Positions 29,467-41,980 of a stretch of 64,000 nucleotides of DNA are shown one piece after another. Below the pieces are notes generated by a model. That model had not been told where the DNA came from. It worked only from the letters and a program-made list of their open reading frames with translations, and ran no database searches. This stretch comes from the human T2T-CHM13v2.0 reference genome, Homo sapiens, in assembly GCF_009914755.1 (NCBI RefSeq), contig NC_060926.1; one strand, 5' to 3'. The number at the start of each line of letters is the position of its first letter. Positions within the stretch are counted from its first letter, which is position 1. The position numbers and the translations under genes are program-made.

Positions 29467-32400
29467 AGAAGTGACTGGCAAGATGGCCGAATAGGAACAG
29501 CTTCCATCTGCAGCTCACAGAGAGATCAACGCAGAAGGCAGGTGATTTCTGGATTTCCACTGAGGTATTCTGCTTATCTCACTGGGACTGGTTAGACAGT
29601 GGGTGCAGCCCACAGAAGGCAAGCCGAAGCAGTGTGGGGTGTGGCCTCACCTGGGAAGCGCAAGGGGTTGGGGAACTCCCTCCCCTAACCAAGGGAAGCC
29701 GTGAGAGACTGTGCCGTGAGGGACGGTGCACTCCTGCCAGATACTATGCTTTTCCAACAGTCTTTGCAACCCGCAGACCAGGAGATTCCCTCGAGTGCCT
29801 ATGCCACCAGGTCCGTGGGTTTCAAGTACAAAACTGGGTAGCCATTTGGACAGACACCGAGCTAGCTGCAAGGAGTTTTTTCTCATACACCAGTGGCACC
29901 TGGAATGTCAGTGAGAACCCTTCACTCCCCTGGAAAGGGGGCTGAAGCCAGGGAGCCAAGTGATGTAGCTCAGCGGATCCCACCTCCACAGAGCCCCACA
30001 AGCTAAGACGTACTGGCTTGAAATTCTCACTGCCAGCACAGCAGTCTGAAGTTGACCTGGGATGCTCAAGCTGGGTGGGGAAAGGGGCGTCTGCCAGTAC
30101 AAAGGCTTGAGTAGGCAGTTTTCCCCTCACTTTAAACAAAGCCTCTGGGAAGTTCGGACTGGGCAGAGCCCTCTGCAGCTCTGCAAAGCCACTGTAGCGA
30201 GACTGCCTCTCGAGATGCCTCCGCTCTGGGCAGGGCACCTCTGAAAGAAAGGTAGCAGCCCCAGTCAGGGGCTTATAGATAAAACTCCCATCTCCATGGG
30301 AAAGAGCACCTGGGTGAAGAGGTGGCTGTGGGCACAGTTTCAGCAAACTGAAACGTTCCTGCCTGCAAGCGCTGAAGAGAGCAGCAGATCTCCCAGCACA
30401 GTGCTCAAGCTCTGCTAAGGGACAGACTGCCTCCTCAAGTGGGTCCCTGCCCCCCTGTGCCTCCTGACTGGGAGACACCTTCCATCAGGGGTTGACAGAC
30501 TTCATATGGGACAACTCCAGCTGGCATCTGGCAGGTGCCCCTCTAGGGCAATGCTTCCAGAGGAAGAAACAGGCAGCAATCTTTCTTGTTCTGCAGCCTC
30601 TGCTGGTGAGACCCAGGCAAAGAGGGTCTGGAGTGGACCTCCAGCGAACTCCAGCAGACCTGCAGCAGAGGGGCCTGACTGTTAGAAGGAAAACTAACAA
30701 ACAGAAAGGAATAGCATCAACATCAAATAAAAAGGACGTCCACACAGAAACCCCATCCGAAGGTCACCAACATCAAAGGCCAAAGGTAGATAAATCCATG
30801 AAGATGAGGAAAAACCAGCACAAAAGGCTGAAAATTCCAAAAATCAGAATGCCTCTTCTCCTCCAAAGGATCACAAATCCTCACCAGCAAGGGAAAAAAA
30901 CAGGATGGAGAATGAGTTTGATGAATTGACAGAGGCAAGCTTCAGAAGGTGGGTAATAACAAACTCATCCGAGCTAAAGGAGCATGTTCTAACCCAATGC
31001 AAGGAAGCTAAGAACCTTGAAAAAAGGTTAGATGAATTGCTAGCTAGAATAACCAGTTTAGAGAAGAAATAAATGACATGATGGAGCTGAAAAACACAGC
31101 ACAAGAACTTTGTGAAGCATACACAAGTATCAATAGCCAAATCGATCAAGCAGAAGAAAGGATAGCAGAGATTAAAGATAAAATTAATGAAATAAAGTGT
31201 GAAGACAAGATTAGGGAGAAAAGAATGAAAAGGAATGAACAAAGCCTCCAAGAAATATGGGACTATGTGAAAAGACCAAACCTATGTTTGATTGGTGTAC
31301 CTGGAAGTGACAGGGAGAATGGAACCAGATTGGAAAACACTCTTCAGGATATTATCCAGGACAACTTCCCCAACCTAGCAAGACAGGCCAACATTCAAAT
31401 TCAGGAAATACAGAGACCTCCACAAAGATACTCCTTGAGAAGAGCAACCCCAAGACATATAATCATCAGATTGACCAAGGTTGAAATGAAGGAAAAAATG
31501 TTAAGGGCAGCCAGAGAGAAAGGTCAGGTTACCCACAAATGGAAGCCCATCAAACTAACAGCTGATCTCTCTGCAGAAACCCTGCAAGCCAGAAGAGAGT
31601 GGGGGCCAATATTCGACATTCTTAAATAAAAGAATTTTCAACCCAGAATTTCATGTCCAGCCAAACTAAGTTTCATAAGAGAAGAAGAAATAAAATCCTT
31701 TACAGACAAGCAAATGCTTAGAGATTTTGTCACCATCAGGACTGCCTTACAAGAGCTCCTGAAGGAAGCACTATGTAAACATGGAAAGGAACAACCGGTA
31801 CCAGCCACTGCAAAAACATGCCAAATTGTAAAGACTATCAATGCTATGAAGAAAGTGCATAACTAATGGGAAAATAATCAGCTAGCATCATAATGACAGG
31901 ATCAAATTCACACATAACAATATTAACCTTAAATGTAAATGGGCTAAATGCTCCCAATTTAAAGACACAGACTGGCAAATTGGATAAAGAGTCAAGACCC
32001 ATCAATGTGCTGTATTCAGGAGACCCATCTCACCTGCAAAGACACATATAGGCTCAAAAGAAAGAGATGCAGGAAAATTTACCAAGCAAATGGAAAGAAA
32101 AAATAAAAAGCAGTGGTTGCAATCCTAGTCCCTGATAAAACAGACTTTAAACCAACAAAGATCAAAAGAGAAAAAGAAGGGCATTATATAATGGTAAAGG
32201 GATCAATGCAACAAGAAGAGCTAACTGTCCTAAATATATATGCACCCAATACAGGAGCACCCAGATTCATAAAGCAAGTTCTTAGAGACCTACAAAGAGA
32301 CTTAGACTCCCACACAATAATAGTGGGAGACTTTAACACCCCACTGTCAATATTAGAAAGAATATTGAGACAGAAAATTACTAAGGATATCCAGGACTTG

Positions 32401-35400
32401 AACTCAGCTTTGGACCAAGCAGACCTAATAGACATCTACAGAACTCTCCACCCCAAATTAGCAGAATATACATTCTTGTCAGCACTACATCACACTTATT
32501 CTAAAATTGACCACATAATTGGAAGGAAAACACTCCTCAGCAAATGCAAAAGAATGGAAATGATAACAAACAGTTGCTCAGACCACAGTGCAATCAAATT
32601 AGAACTCAGGATTAAGAAACTCACTCAAAACCACACAACTACATGGAAACTGAGCAATCTGCTCCTGCATGACTACTGGGTAAATAACAAAATGAAGGCA
32701 GAAATAAGTTATTTGAAACCAATGAGAACAAAGTCACAATGTATCAACATCTCTGGGACACAGCTAAAGCAGTGTTTAGAGGAAAATTGATAGCACTAAA
32801 TGCCCACAAGAGAAATCAGGAAAGATCTAAAATTGACACCCTAACATCACAATTAAAAGAACTAGAGAAGCAACAGCAAACAAATTTAAAAGCTAGCAGA
32901 AGGCAAGAAATAACTAAGATCAGAGCAGAACTGAAGGAGATAGAGACAGTGAATCCAGGACGTGATTTTTTGAAAAGATCAACAAAATAGATAGACAACT
33001 AGCCAGACTAGTAAAGAAGAAAAGAGAGAAGACTCAAATAGATGCAATAAAAAATGATAAAGGGGATATCACCACTGGTCCCACAGAAATACAAACTACA
33101 ATCAGAGAATACTGTACACACCTCTATGCAAATAAACTAGAAAATCTGGAAGAAATGGATAAATTCCTGGACCAATACACCCTCCCAAGACTAAACCAGG
33201 AAGAAGTCAAATCTCTGAATAGACCAATAACACGTTGTGTAATTGAGGCAATAATTAATAGCCTACCAACCAAAAAAAGTCTAGGACCAGATGGATTCAC
33301 AGCTGAATTCTACCAGAGGTACAAAGAGGAGCTGGTACCATTCCTTCTGAAACTATTCCAATAAATAGAAAAAGAGGGAATCCTCCCTAACTCATTTCAT
33401 GAAGCCAGCATCATCCTGATACCAAAACCTGGCAAAGACACAACAAAAAATGAAAATTTTAGGCCAGTATCCCTGATGAACATCAATTTGAAAATCCTCA
33501 AAAAAAATACTGGCAAACTGAATCCAGCAGCACATCAAAAATCTTATCCACCATGATCAAGTTGGCTTTATCCCTGCGATGCAAGGCTGGTTCAACATAT
33601 GCAAATAAATAAATGTAATCCATCACATAAACAGAACCAATGACAAAAACCACATAATTATCTCAATAGATGCAGAAAAGGCCTTTGATAAAATTCAACA
33701 GCCCTTCATGCTAAAAACTCTCAATAAACTAGGTATTGAAGGAACGTATCTCAAAATAGTAAGAGCCATTTATGACAAACCCACAGCCCATATCATACTA
33801 AATGAGCAAAAGATGGAAGCATTGCCTTTGAAAACCAGCAAAGACAAGGATGCGCTCTCTCACCACTCTGATTCAACATAGTATTGGAAGATCTGGCCAG
33901 GGAAATCAGGCCAGAGAAAGAAATAAAGGTATTCAAATAGGAAGAGAGGAAGTCAAATTGTCTCTGTTAGCAGATGACATGATTGTATATTTAGAAAACC
34001 CCATAGTCTCAGTCCAAAATCTCCTTAAGCTGATAAGCGACTTCAGCAAAGTCTCAGGATACAAAATCAGTGTGCAAAAATCACAAGCATTCCTATATAC
34101 CAATAGTAGACAGAGAGTCAAATCTTGAGTGAACTCCCATTCACAATGTCTACAAAGAGAATAAAATACCTAGGAATACAACTTACAAGGGATGGGAAGG
34201 ACCTCTTCAAAGAGAACTACAAACCCCTGCTCAAGAAAATAACAGAGGACACAAACAAATGGAAAAACATTCCATGCTCATGGATAGGAAGAATCAATAT
34301 TGTGAAAAATGACCATACTGCCCAAAGTAATTTATAGATTCAATGCTATGCCCATCAAGCAAATATCGACTTTCTTCACAGAATTAGAAACACCTACTTT
34401 AAATTTCATATGGAACCAAAAAAGAGCCTGTATAGCCAAGAGAACCCTAAGCAAAAAGAACAAAGCTGGAGGCATCATGCTACCTGACTTCAAACTATGC
34501 TACAAGGCTACAGTAACCAAAACACCCTGGTACTGGTACTAAACAGATATATATATATACCAATGCAACAGAATAGAGGCCTCAGAAATAACACCACACA
34601 TCTACAGCCATCTGATCTTTGACAAACCTGATTAAAACAAGCAATGGGGAAACGATTCCCTGTTTAATAAATGGTGTTGGGAAAACTGACTAGCCATATG
34701 CAGGAAGCTGAAACTGGATCCCTTCCTTACACCTTATACAAAAATTAACTCAAGATGGATTAAAGACTTAAACGTAAGACATAAAAACATAAAAACCCTA
34801 GAAGAAAGCCTAGGCAATATCATTCAGGACATAGGCAAAGACTTCATGACTAAAACACCAAAAGCAATGGCAACGAAAGCCAAAATAGACAAATGGGATC
34901 TAGTTAAACTAAAGAACTTCTACACAGCAAAAGAAACTATCAACAGAGTGAACAGGAAACCTACAGAATGGGAGAAAATTTTTGCAATCTATCAATCTGA
35001 CAAAGGGCTAATATCCAGAATCTACAAAGCACTTAAATTTGGAAGAAAAAACCCAACAACTTTATCGAAAGTGGGTGAAAGATATGAAAAGACACTTCTC
35101 AAAAGAAGACATTTACGTGGCCAACAAACATATGAAAAAAAGCTCATTATCACTGGTCATTAGAGAAACACAAATCAAAACCACAATGAGATACCATCTC
35201 ACACCAGTTAGAGTGGCAATCATTAAAAAGTCAGGAAACAGCAGATGCTGGAGAGGATGTGGAGAAATAGGAATGCTTTTACACTGTTGGTGGGAGTATA
35301 AATTAGTTCAACCATTGTGGAAGACAGTGTGGCAATTCCTCAAGGATCTAGAACTAGAAATACCATTTGACCCAGCAATCTTATTACTGTGCATATACTC

Positions 35401-35907
35401 AAAGGATTATAAATAATTCTACTATAAAGACACATGCTAATGTATGTTTATTGCAGCACTATTCACAATAGCAAAGACTTGGAACCAACCCAAATCCCCA
35501 TCAATGATAGACTGGATAAAGAAAATGTGGCACATATGCATCATGGAATACTATGCAACCTTTAAAAAAGGATGAGTTCATGTCCTTTGCAGGGACATGG
35601 ATGAAGCTGGAAACCATCATTCTCAGCAAACACAGAAAGAGAAAACCAAACACCACATGTTCTCACTCATAAGTGGGAGTTGAACAATGAGAACACATGG
35701 ACACAGGGAGGGGAACATCACACACCAGAGCCTGTTGGGGGGTTGGGGGCTAGGGGAGGGACAGCATTAGGAGAAATACCTAATGTAGTTGACGGGCTGA
35801 TGGGTGCAGCAAACCACCGTGGCACTTGTATCACTTGTATACCTATGTAACAAACCTGCACGTTCTGCACATGTATCCCAGAACTTAAAGTATAATAATA
35901 AAAAAAA
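29467..35907 (+). mobile_element. Full-length decayed LINE-1 'B' (L1PA7-like ends)
   Basis: 5'UTR with YY1 site CAAGATGGC near 29479, fragmented ORF1/ORF2, poly(A); TSD GAAAATATA(G/T)TACT at 29453-29466 and 35908-35921. Confidence 0.97.
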
Positions 35908-36058
35908 GAAAATATATTACTGATTTAAGGAGAGATATTAAGCTTCTCTTGTAGATACACACAGAAATATACACACATACAGTGGCTAAAATTCTACCCG
36001 TAGAGAACGGTTTCCAAAAGCAGAATGAGGAACTTCCTTGGGTTAAAATAGCAACAGT

Positions 36059-36235
36059 GAGCCAGGCAAGGTGGTATATGCTTGTCAGCTACTTGAGAGA
36101 CTGAGATAGGAGGATCCCTTGAGACCAGAAGTTCAAGGCTGTAGTATGCAATCATCATGCCTATGAATAGTTACTGCACTCCAGCCTGTGGAACATGGTG
36201 AGACCTCATCTCTAAAAAACAAACAGACAAAGAAA
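36059..36235 (+). mobile_element. FAM (fossil Alu monomer)
   Basis: Monomer carrying the GCCTATGAATAGTTACTGCACTCCAGCC segment typical of FAM/7SL. Confidence 0.75.
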
Positions 36236-37696
36236 ACCCTAGTCTCTTCGTGTTTGTTTGTAGCAAGCTAAACAGAGGGTCATCATCATTTCTTTTGGAT
36301 GTTGTGTGAAACCTGATATAGACAATCCTCATCAGCCTTAGGGTAAAAAGAAAATCACTAAAGTAATTACTTAATATTTTGGATTCCATTTTGGGTTCTG
36401 CTTTAAATAAGGAATTTCAGAACTGCAAGGTGTATTGGGAGATGTCATAGAGGAAAGCGTAGAAGAAAGAGAAAGAAAGTTATGAGGAAGTTAATTTAGC
36501 TTCTTTAAAAAAATAAACCTAGTGTGAAATTATAGCCCTCAGTGGTTTTGGCTCAGTTTCAGGGTAAAGGGAAGGTAAAATTTAGCTGTCACTGAGGGAG
36601 AAAAAAGAGGATGGGAGGAGAGTTTTTCTAACACCACATTTGCTATTTAATTTGAGCTGCAGTAAGTTTCAAGGGGAAAATGCACAAGGCTGTTAATGGG
36701 AGGTCAAGTGGTAGAGTGGGAAAGGCAGTGGTCTTGGAGCCTGGAGCCTCAGTTTGAATTCCTGGTTTTACTGCATTTGTGACATATCTTGAGTATCAGT
36801 TTCTTTGTCTCTAAAACGAAAATAGTATTCTTCTCATAGGCTTGTTGTTAGGACTAAATGAAATAATACCTGTAAGTCACCTGAAATGGGTGGCACTCCA
36901 CAAGTTCTAGTTTCCTTTCCTCTGACCCCTCTGCTGTAGAAGGTACTCATGGCAATCTACACTCTGTAGTAGTGGCTTTCAACTTTTGGTCTATGTCAGA
37001 ATTGCCTGTGGAATTTTTTTCATGGAACTTATGCCTGAGGCCCAACTTTAGGAATTCTGATTTCCTAAGCATGCGGTAGGGTCTATATACTTGCACTGCT
37101 GCTTTTTAAAAAAATGATCGGTAATTTCTACCAAAATTAAAGTTAAAAACTACCGATAAATTGCTTGACTCTCCACTGCTTACAGTTCAGACACTGATGC
37201 AATAGCCTAGCATTTAAGGGCCTTCACAAACTGGCCCTGACTTCCCTTTCCAGAAGGATTTCCCCTCTGCTCTCCTTCACTACAGACATACTGGCCTCTT
37301 GTTGGTCCTTGGAGGATTGTCAGCTTTTGCAACCTTGACTTGCCTATATAACCCCATGGCCTAGAACATTCTCTGCTCCAGCTCTCTGTTTCTCTTATTC
37401 TTCTTTTTTCTTGAAGGCTTAGCCCTCCCTGTTATTCATTGTACTTTTCCCCACTTCCATGATAGACCGTCTGCCACAGAATATCTCTACCATCTATTTG
37501 CACCAGGCATTTACAAATAGTCACATATCGTGTTGGATGTTTTAGGGTTGGTGTTTTTTGGGGTCAGAAAAGTATTCGTGCTTCATAATTTTTTCAATCC
37601 TTTCTGATGCTTAACATGGTGCTTGTGCATAGTGGGTACATTATCAATAGCTGATGGAATGAAGTAATTACTGTTATCATGAGGAGGCTCCTTATA

Positions 37697-37783
37697 CAGG
37701 AATACCTTGTTTTACTGCATGTTGCTTTATTGTGCTCCTCAGATATTGCTTTTTTGTTTGTTTGTTTTTTGTTTTTTTGTTTG

Positions 37784-37814
<31 letters not shown>

Positions 37815-39054
37815 TATAGGTTTCTGGCGACCCTGCATGGAGTAAGTCTATCAGCACCATTTTTCCAACAGCATGCACTCACTTTGTGTCTCTGTGGCAC
37901 ATTTTGGTAATTCCTGCAATATTTCAAACTTTTTCATGCTTATTATATCTGTTATGGTGATCTGTGATCAGTAATCTTTGAGGTTACTATTGTTATTGTT
38001 TTGGGACACTATGAACCATGCCCATCTAAGTCCACAAACTTAGTAAATATCTGTTGACTGCTCCACTGATTGGCTGTTTCCCCATCTCTCTCCCTTTCCT
38101 TAGGCCTCACTATTCTCTGAAACACAACAATATTGAAATTAGGCCAATTAATAACTCTACAATGGCCTCTAAGTGTTCAAGTGAAAGGAAGAGTCGCACA
38201 TCTGTCACTTAAAGTCAAAAGCTAGAGATGATTACTCTTAGTGAGGAAGGCGTGCTGACAGCTGAGACAGGCTGAAAGCTAGGACTTGTGTGCCAGACAG
38301 TTAGCCAAGTTGTGAATTCAGAGGAGAAGTATCTGGAGGAAATTAAAAGTGTAACTTTAGTGAGCACATTAATGGTAAGAAAGTGAAGCAGCCTTATTGC
38401 TGCTATGGAGAAAGTTTTAGTGGCCTGGATAGAAAATCAGGCCTGGCATGGTGGCTCGCACCTGTAATCCCAGCATTTTGGGAGGCCTAGGTGGGCAGAT
38501 CGCCTGAGCTCAGGAGTTTGAGACCAGTCTGGGCAACATGGTGAAACCCAAATAAAAAAAATACAAAAAATTAGCCGGCTGTGGTGGCATTAGCCTGTGG
38601 TCCTAGCTGCTTGGAAGGCTGAGGTGGGAGGATCTCTTCAGCCTGGGAGGTCAAAGCTGCAGTGAGCCAAGCTTGTGCCACTGCACTCCAGCCTGGGTGA
38701 CAGAGGGAGACCCTGTCTCAAAAAAGAAAATCAAACCAGTCATGATATTCCCTTAAGCTAAAGCCTAATCCAGAGCAAGGCCCTCAACACTGGGGCAAGA
38801 CTCTCCACCAGCAAAAAGATTGTGACTCACTGAAGGCTCAGATGATTGTTAGTATTTTTTAGCAATAAAGCACTTTTAAATGAAGGTTCGTACATTGTTT
38901 TCCTAGACATAATGCTATTGCATACTTCATAGACTACAGTGTAGTGTAAACATAACTTTTATATGCACTGGGAAACCAAAAAAATTGTGTGACTCCCTTT
39001 ATTGTGATATTTCGGTGGTTGGAACTGAATCTGTGATATCTCCAAGGTATCCTG
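37697..39054 (+). mobile_element. Tigger1 DNA transposon, internally deleted, interrupted by an Alu
   Basis: TA|CAGGAATACCTTG...CAAGGTATCCTG termini; recognisable Tigger1 5' and 3' segments. Confidence 0.85.
38440..38724 (+). mobile_element. Alu (AluJ-like) inserted in Tigger1
   Basis: TSD AGAAAATCA at 38431-38439 and 38725-38733. Confidence 0.92.
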
Positions 39055-39129
39055 TGTATTGATGTGAGTTTAGGAAGATCACTGCAGCTGTAATAGCAAA
39101 TCTGTCCTGTCTGCTACCACCAGCCTACA

Positions 39130-39570
39130 TACTTTATGTTAACTCAGTTAACTTTCATAACAACCTCAGGTTTTACCATATTATTCCCATTTTACAGATG
39201 AGGATATTGTGGCACAGAGAGGTGAAGTGACTTGTCCAAGGTCACACAGCTAGGAATTGACAGAGTCAGTGTTCTAGCCCATTCTGGCTGATCCCAGAGT
39301 TCATGCTTTTAATTCCCATTTTAAAATTCCCCTTCATTATATCAGCTAGAGTTTAGTTAGTGCTCACTGTGAGTGCCAGGGCCTTGCTCTATGGCATAGA
39401 AATTTCTCACTTAATTTGCACAACAATCACGTGAGGCAGCTTCATTCCCGTTTTACACGTGAAGAAAATGAGGTTCATCAGCTTGCTCAAAAGCCCTAGG
39501 CCAGTAGTGAAAAGAGATTCAAATCCAGGTCCACCTGGCTTCTGAATCCATGCACTTAAGCACTTGGCTC
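39130..39570 (-). mobile_element. Two adjacent MIR fragments
   Basis: CCCATTTTACAGATGAGG...GTCACACAGCT core, and a second degenerate copy. Confidence 0.7.
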
Positions 39571-39929
39571 TGTTGTGGGTCTATTTAGTTCCTACCAACT
39601 TTTGGCTAGCTATCTTGTTGCCATGGGAACCCCTGGCTTATTGTGCCCACCACTCATGTCCTATCAGCTGCAGCAACATTTCCCGTTAGGCCACAGCCAG
39701 CCATGACATTGTGTCCTAGGCTTTTCTTTGTTTAAAGGAAAACCTCTATGGTCAGATACAGCCATGCAAGTAGCTCTGCCCTGCTGATATTGGTTTTGAG
39801 GCTTCTGGGGATTTTATTCTCTAACATCATGTCACAAAACATTTTCCTGATAGCATGCATGTGTCTATTTATATATACATACTTGTGCATGTGTGAATGT
39901 ACTTAAAAACTTTAAGCCTAAGTCTACGA

Positions 39930-41980
39930 TGATAAGCACTGGGTTTATGCCCTTTGAAGAACAGCTTGATAGTTTCTTGAAAAGCTAAACACACACCATT
40001 CACTCCACTCGTAGATATACATCCAAGAGAAAAAACTGCTGTGTGATCAAAAGCCATGTTTTGTCAATAATATGAAAACAAAGAACATAATAAAAAAGAG
40101 GGGTGCTTTACCAAATATATATGAGTGGCAAATAAATATATGAAAAGATGTTCATTGTCATTAGTCTTTAGGGAAATGCAGATTAAACCTATAATGAGAT
40201 ACTACTGCATATTTATTAGAATGTCCAAAATTATAAGGACTGACAACTCCAAGTGTTGACAAGAGTGTGGAGGAATTGAAACTCTCATACACTGCTGGTG
40301 GAAAAGTAAAATGGTACAACCACTTTGGAGAACAGCTTGACAGTTTCTTAAAAAGCTAAAGACACAGTATTTACTCCACTTCTAGATATATATCCAAGAG
40401 AAATGAATGCCTATGTCCACACAAAACTTGTACATTAATGTTCATTGCAGCTTTCTTTGTGATTGTCAAAACAGGAAACAACCTAAATATCAAACAAAAG
40501 GTTAACAGAGAAACAAATTATGTATATTCATACAATGGTATACTTCTCAGCAATAAAAATAAATGAACTATTGCTATGTGCAACATGGATGAATCTCAAA
40601 ATAAGTATGCTAAGTGAAAAAGGCCAGATAAAAATGAGTACATTCTGTGTATCTTTGATAAAAGTTTCTAGAAAATGCAAATAGTCTATAATAACAGAAA
40701 ACAGATCAGTGGTTGCCTGGGTGTTACAGGATTCCTTTGGTGCTGCTTTGCCAGCCAGAAATCTCTGTGGCTGCTTTTGCCTCTGCCCAGGCCTTGCTTG
40801 GGCCCACTGGGCTCGCTCTGCCTGCTTAGCCTGGCAGGCTGGGCTCAGCTCATGCCCTGGCTGGGATCCTGCACCCACTGTGACTCTGCGCTCAGCCTGT
40901 GGCTGAATAGGGTGTGCCACAAGTGACTTCCACCTTGGACACTAGAATCTAGACAAGGGGAATGTGGTGGTGCCCGAAAACTTGGAGATGGCAGCAATCG
41001 TGGAGCCCCAAACGGTGTTACAGCTCTTGCTCGGGGAGTCCCAAGGTCTGAACCCCTAAGCGTTGTTGCAGCTCTTCACTCCCCTAGCTTGGCAAGTGGG
41101 AGCATGTCACAGCTCTCTTTCTCCTATAGTCTGGCGAGCAGGTGTGTGTGTTAACAAACCCTTTTATTCCCACTGCCTGCAGCTCAGTGGGCAGAAGGGC
41201 GGGTTACAGCTCATTCATTCCTGTCACCTGCAGCTAGGTGAACAGGAGGGTTAGAGCCCATTTGTTCCCACTACCTGCAGCTTGAGGAATGGGAGGGTGC
41301 AGCACCAGCAGCTTTTTTCACTCCTGCCATTCAGCAGGTTCTGGGTTCTTGTCGCACAACCAAGAAGAATGTGGTACATGGACACTGGAGAGTGAGTAAG
41401 GCGGAGAAGAATTTTATCGAGTGACAGAAGGAAAGCTCTCAGTTGAGAGGAGATCCTGAGTGGGTAGCTGTCTGTGTGGCTGAGTCCGGGGTTTTTATGG
41501 CCTTAGAATGGGAGAATGCAAGCTGATTGGTCCATGGGTGGTCTTCGGAAAAAGCACCATTTGATTGGTTAAAAAGCATCATCCAGAAGGAACCAATCAA
41601 GAGAGATAGGGTAAGATGGGGATAGCAGGTCTCACTCCTCACTCCGGTCATGGACTCTATCTGGAACAGGCAGCTCGGTTTTTCAGACTTTAGGCCGTCT
41701 TTGGCTTGATGGTTGGGTTTCACTGGGGACCTGTCCCTGTTTGCCTAGGAATTTGTCTGTCTCCTATTGCTATCATGAGGATAAGGGGAGGGCAAAGAGG
41801 AATAATTGGTGGAAGGAATTACAAAGGGAAAATAAAATTTTTGAGAGGAATGGATTTGTCCATATATCTTGATTGCAGTAATGGTTTTTACAGGTAGATA
41901 CATATATCAAAACTTGCCAAATTTTATACTTTAAATATACACAGTTTACTGTATGTCAGTTATATCCCAATAAGGCCATG
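39930..41980 (+). mobile_element. Ancient L1M (L1MC/ME-like) 3' region, split by an LTR
   Basis: ORF2 C-terminal and 3'UTR motifs on both sides of the 40722-41775 insertion. Confidence 0.75.
40722..41775 (-). mobile_element. ERV1 solo LTR, MER52 group
   Basis: TG...CA termini; 4-bp TSD TGGG/TGAG; start is homologous to the 56214 LTR. Confidence 0.8.
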
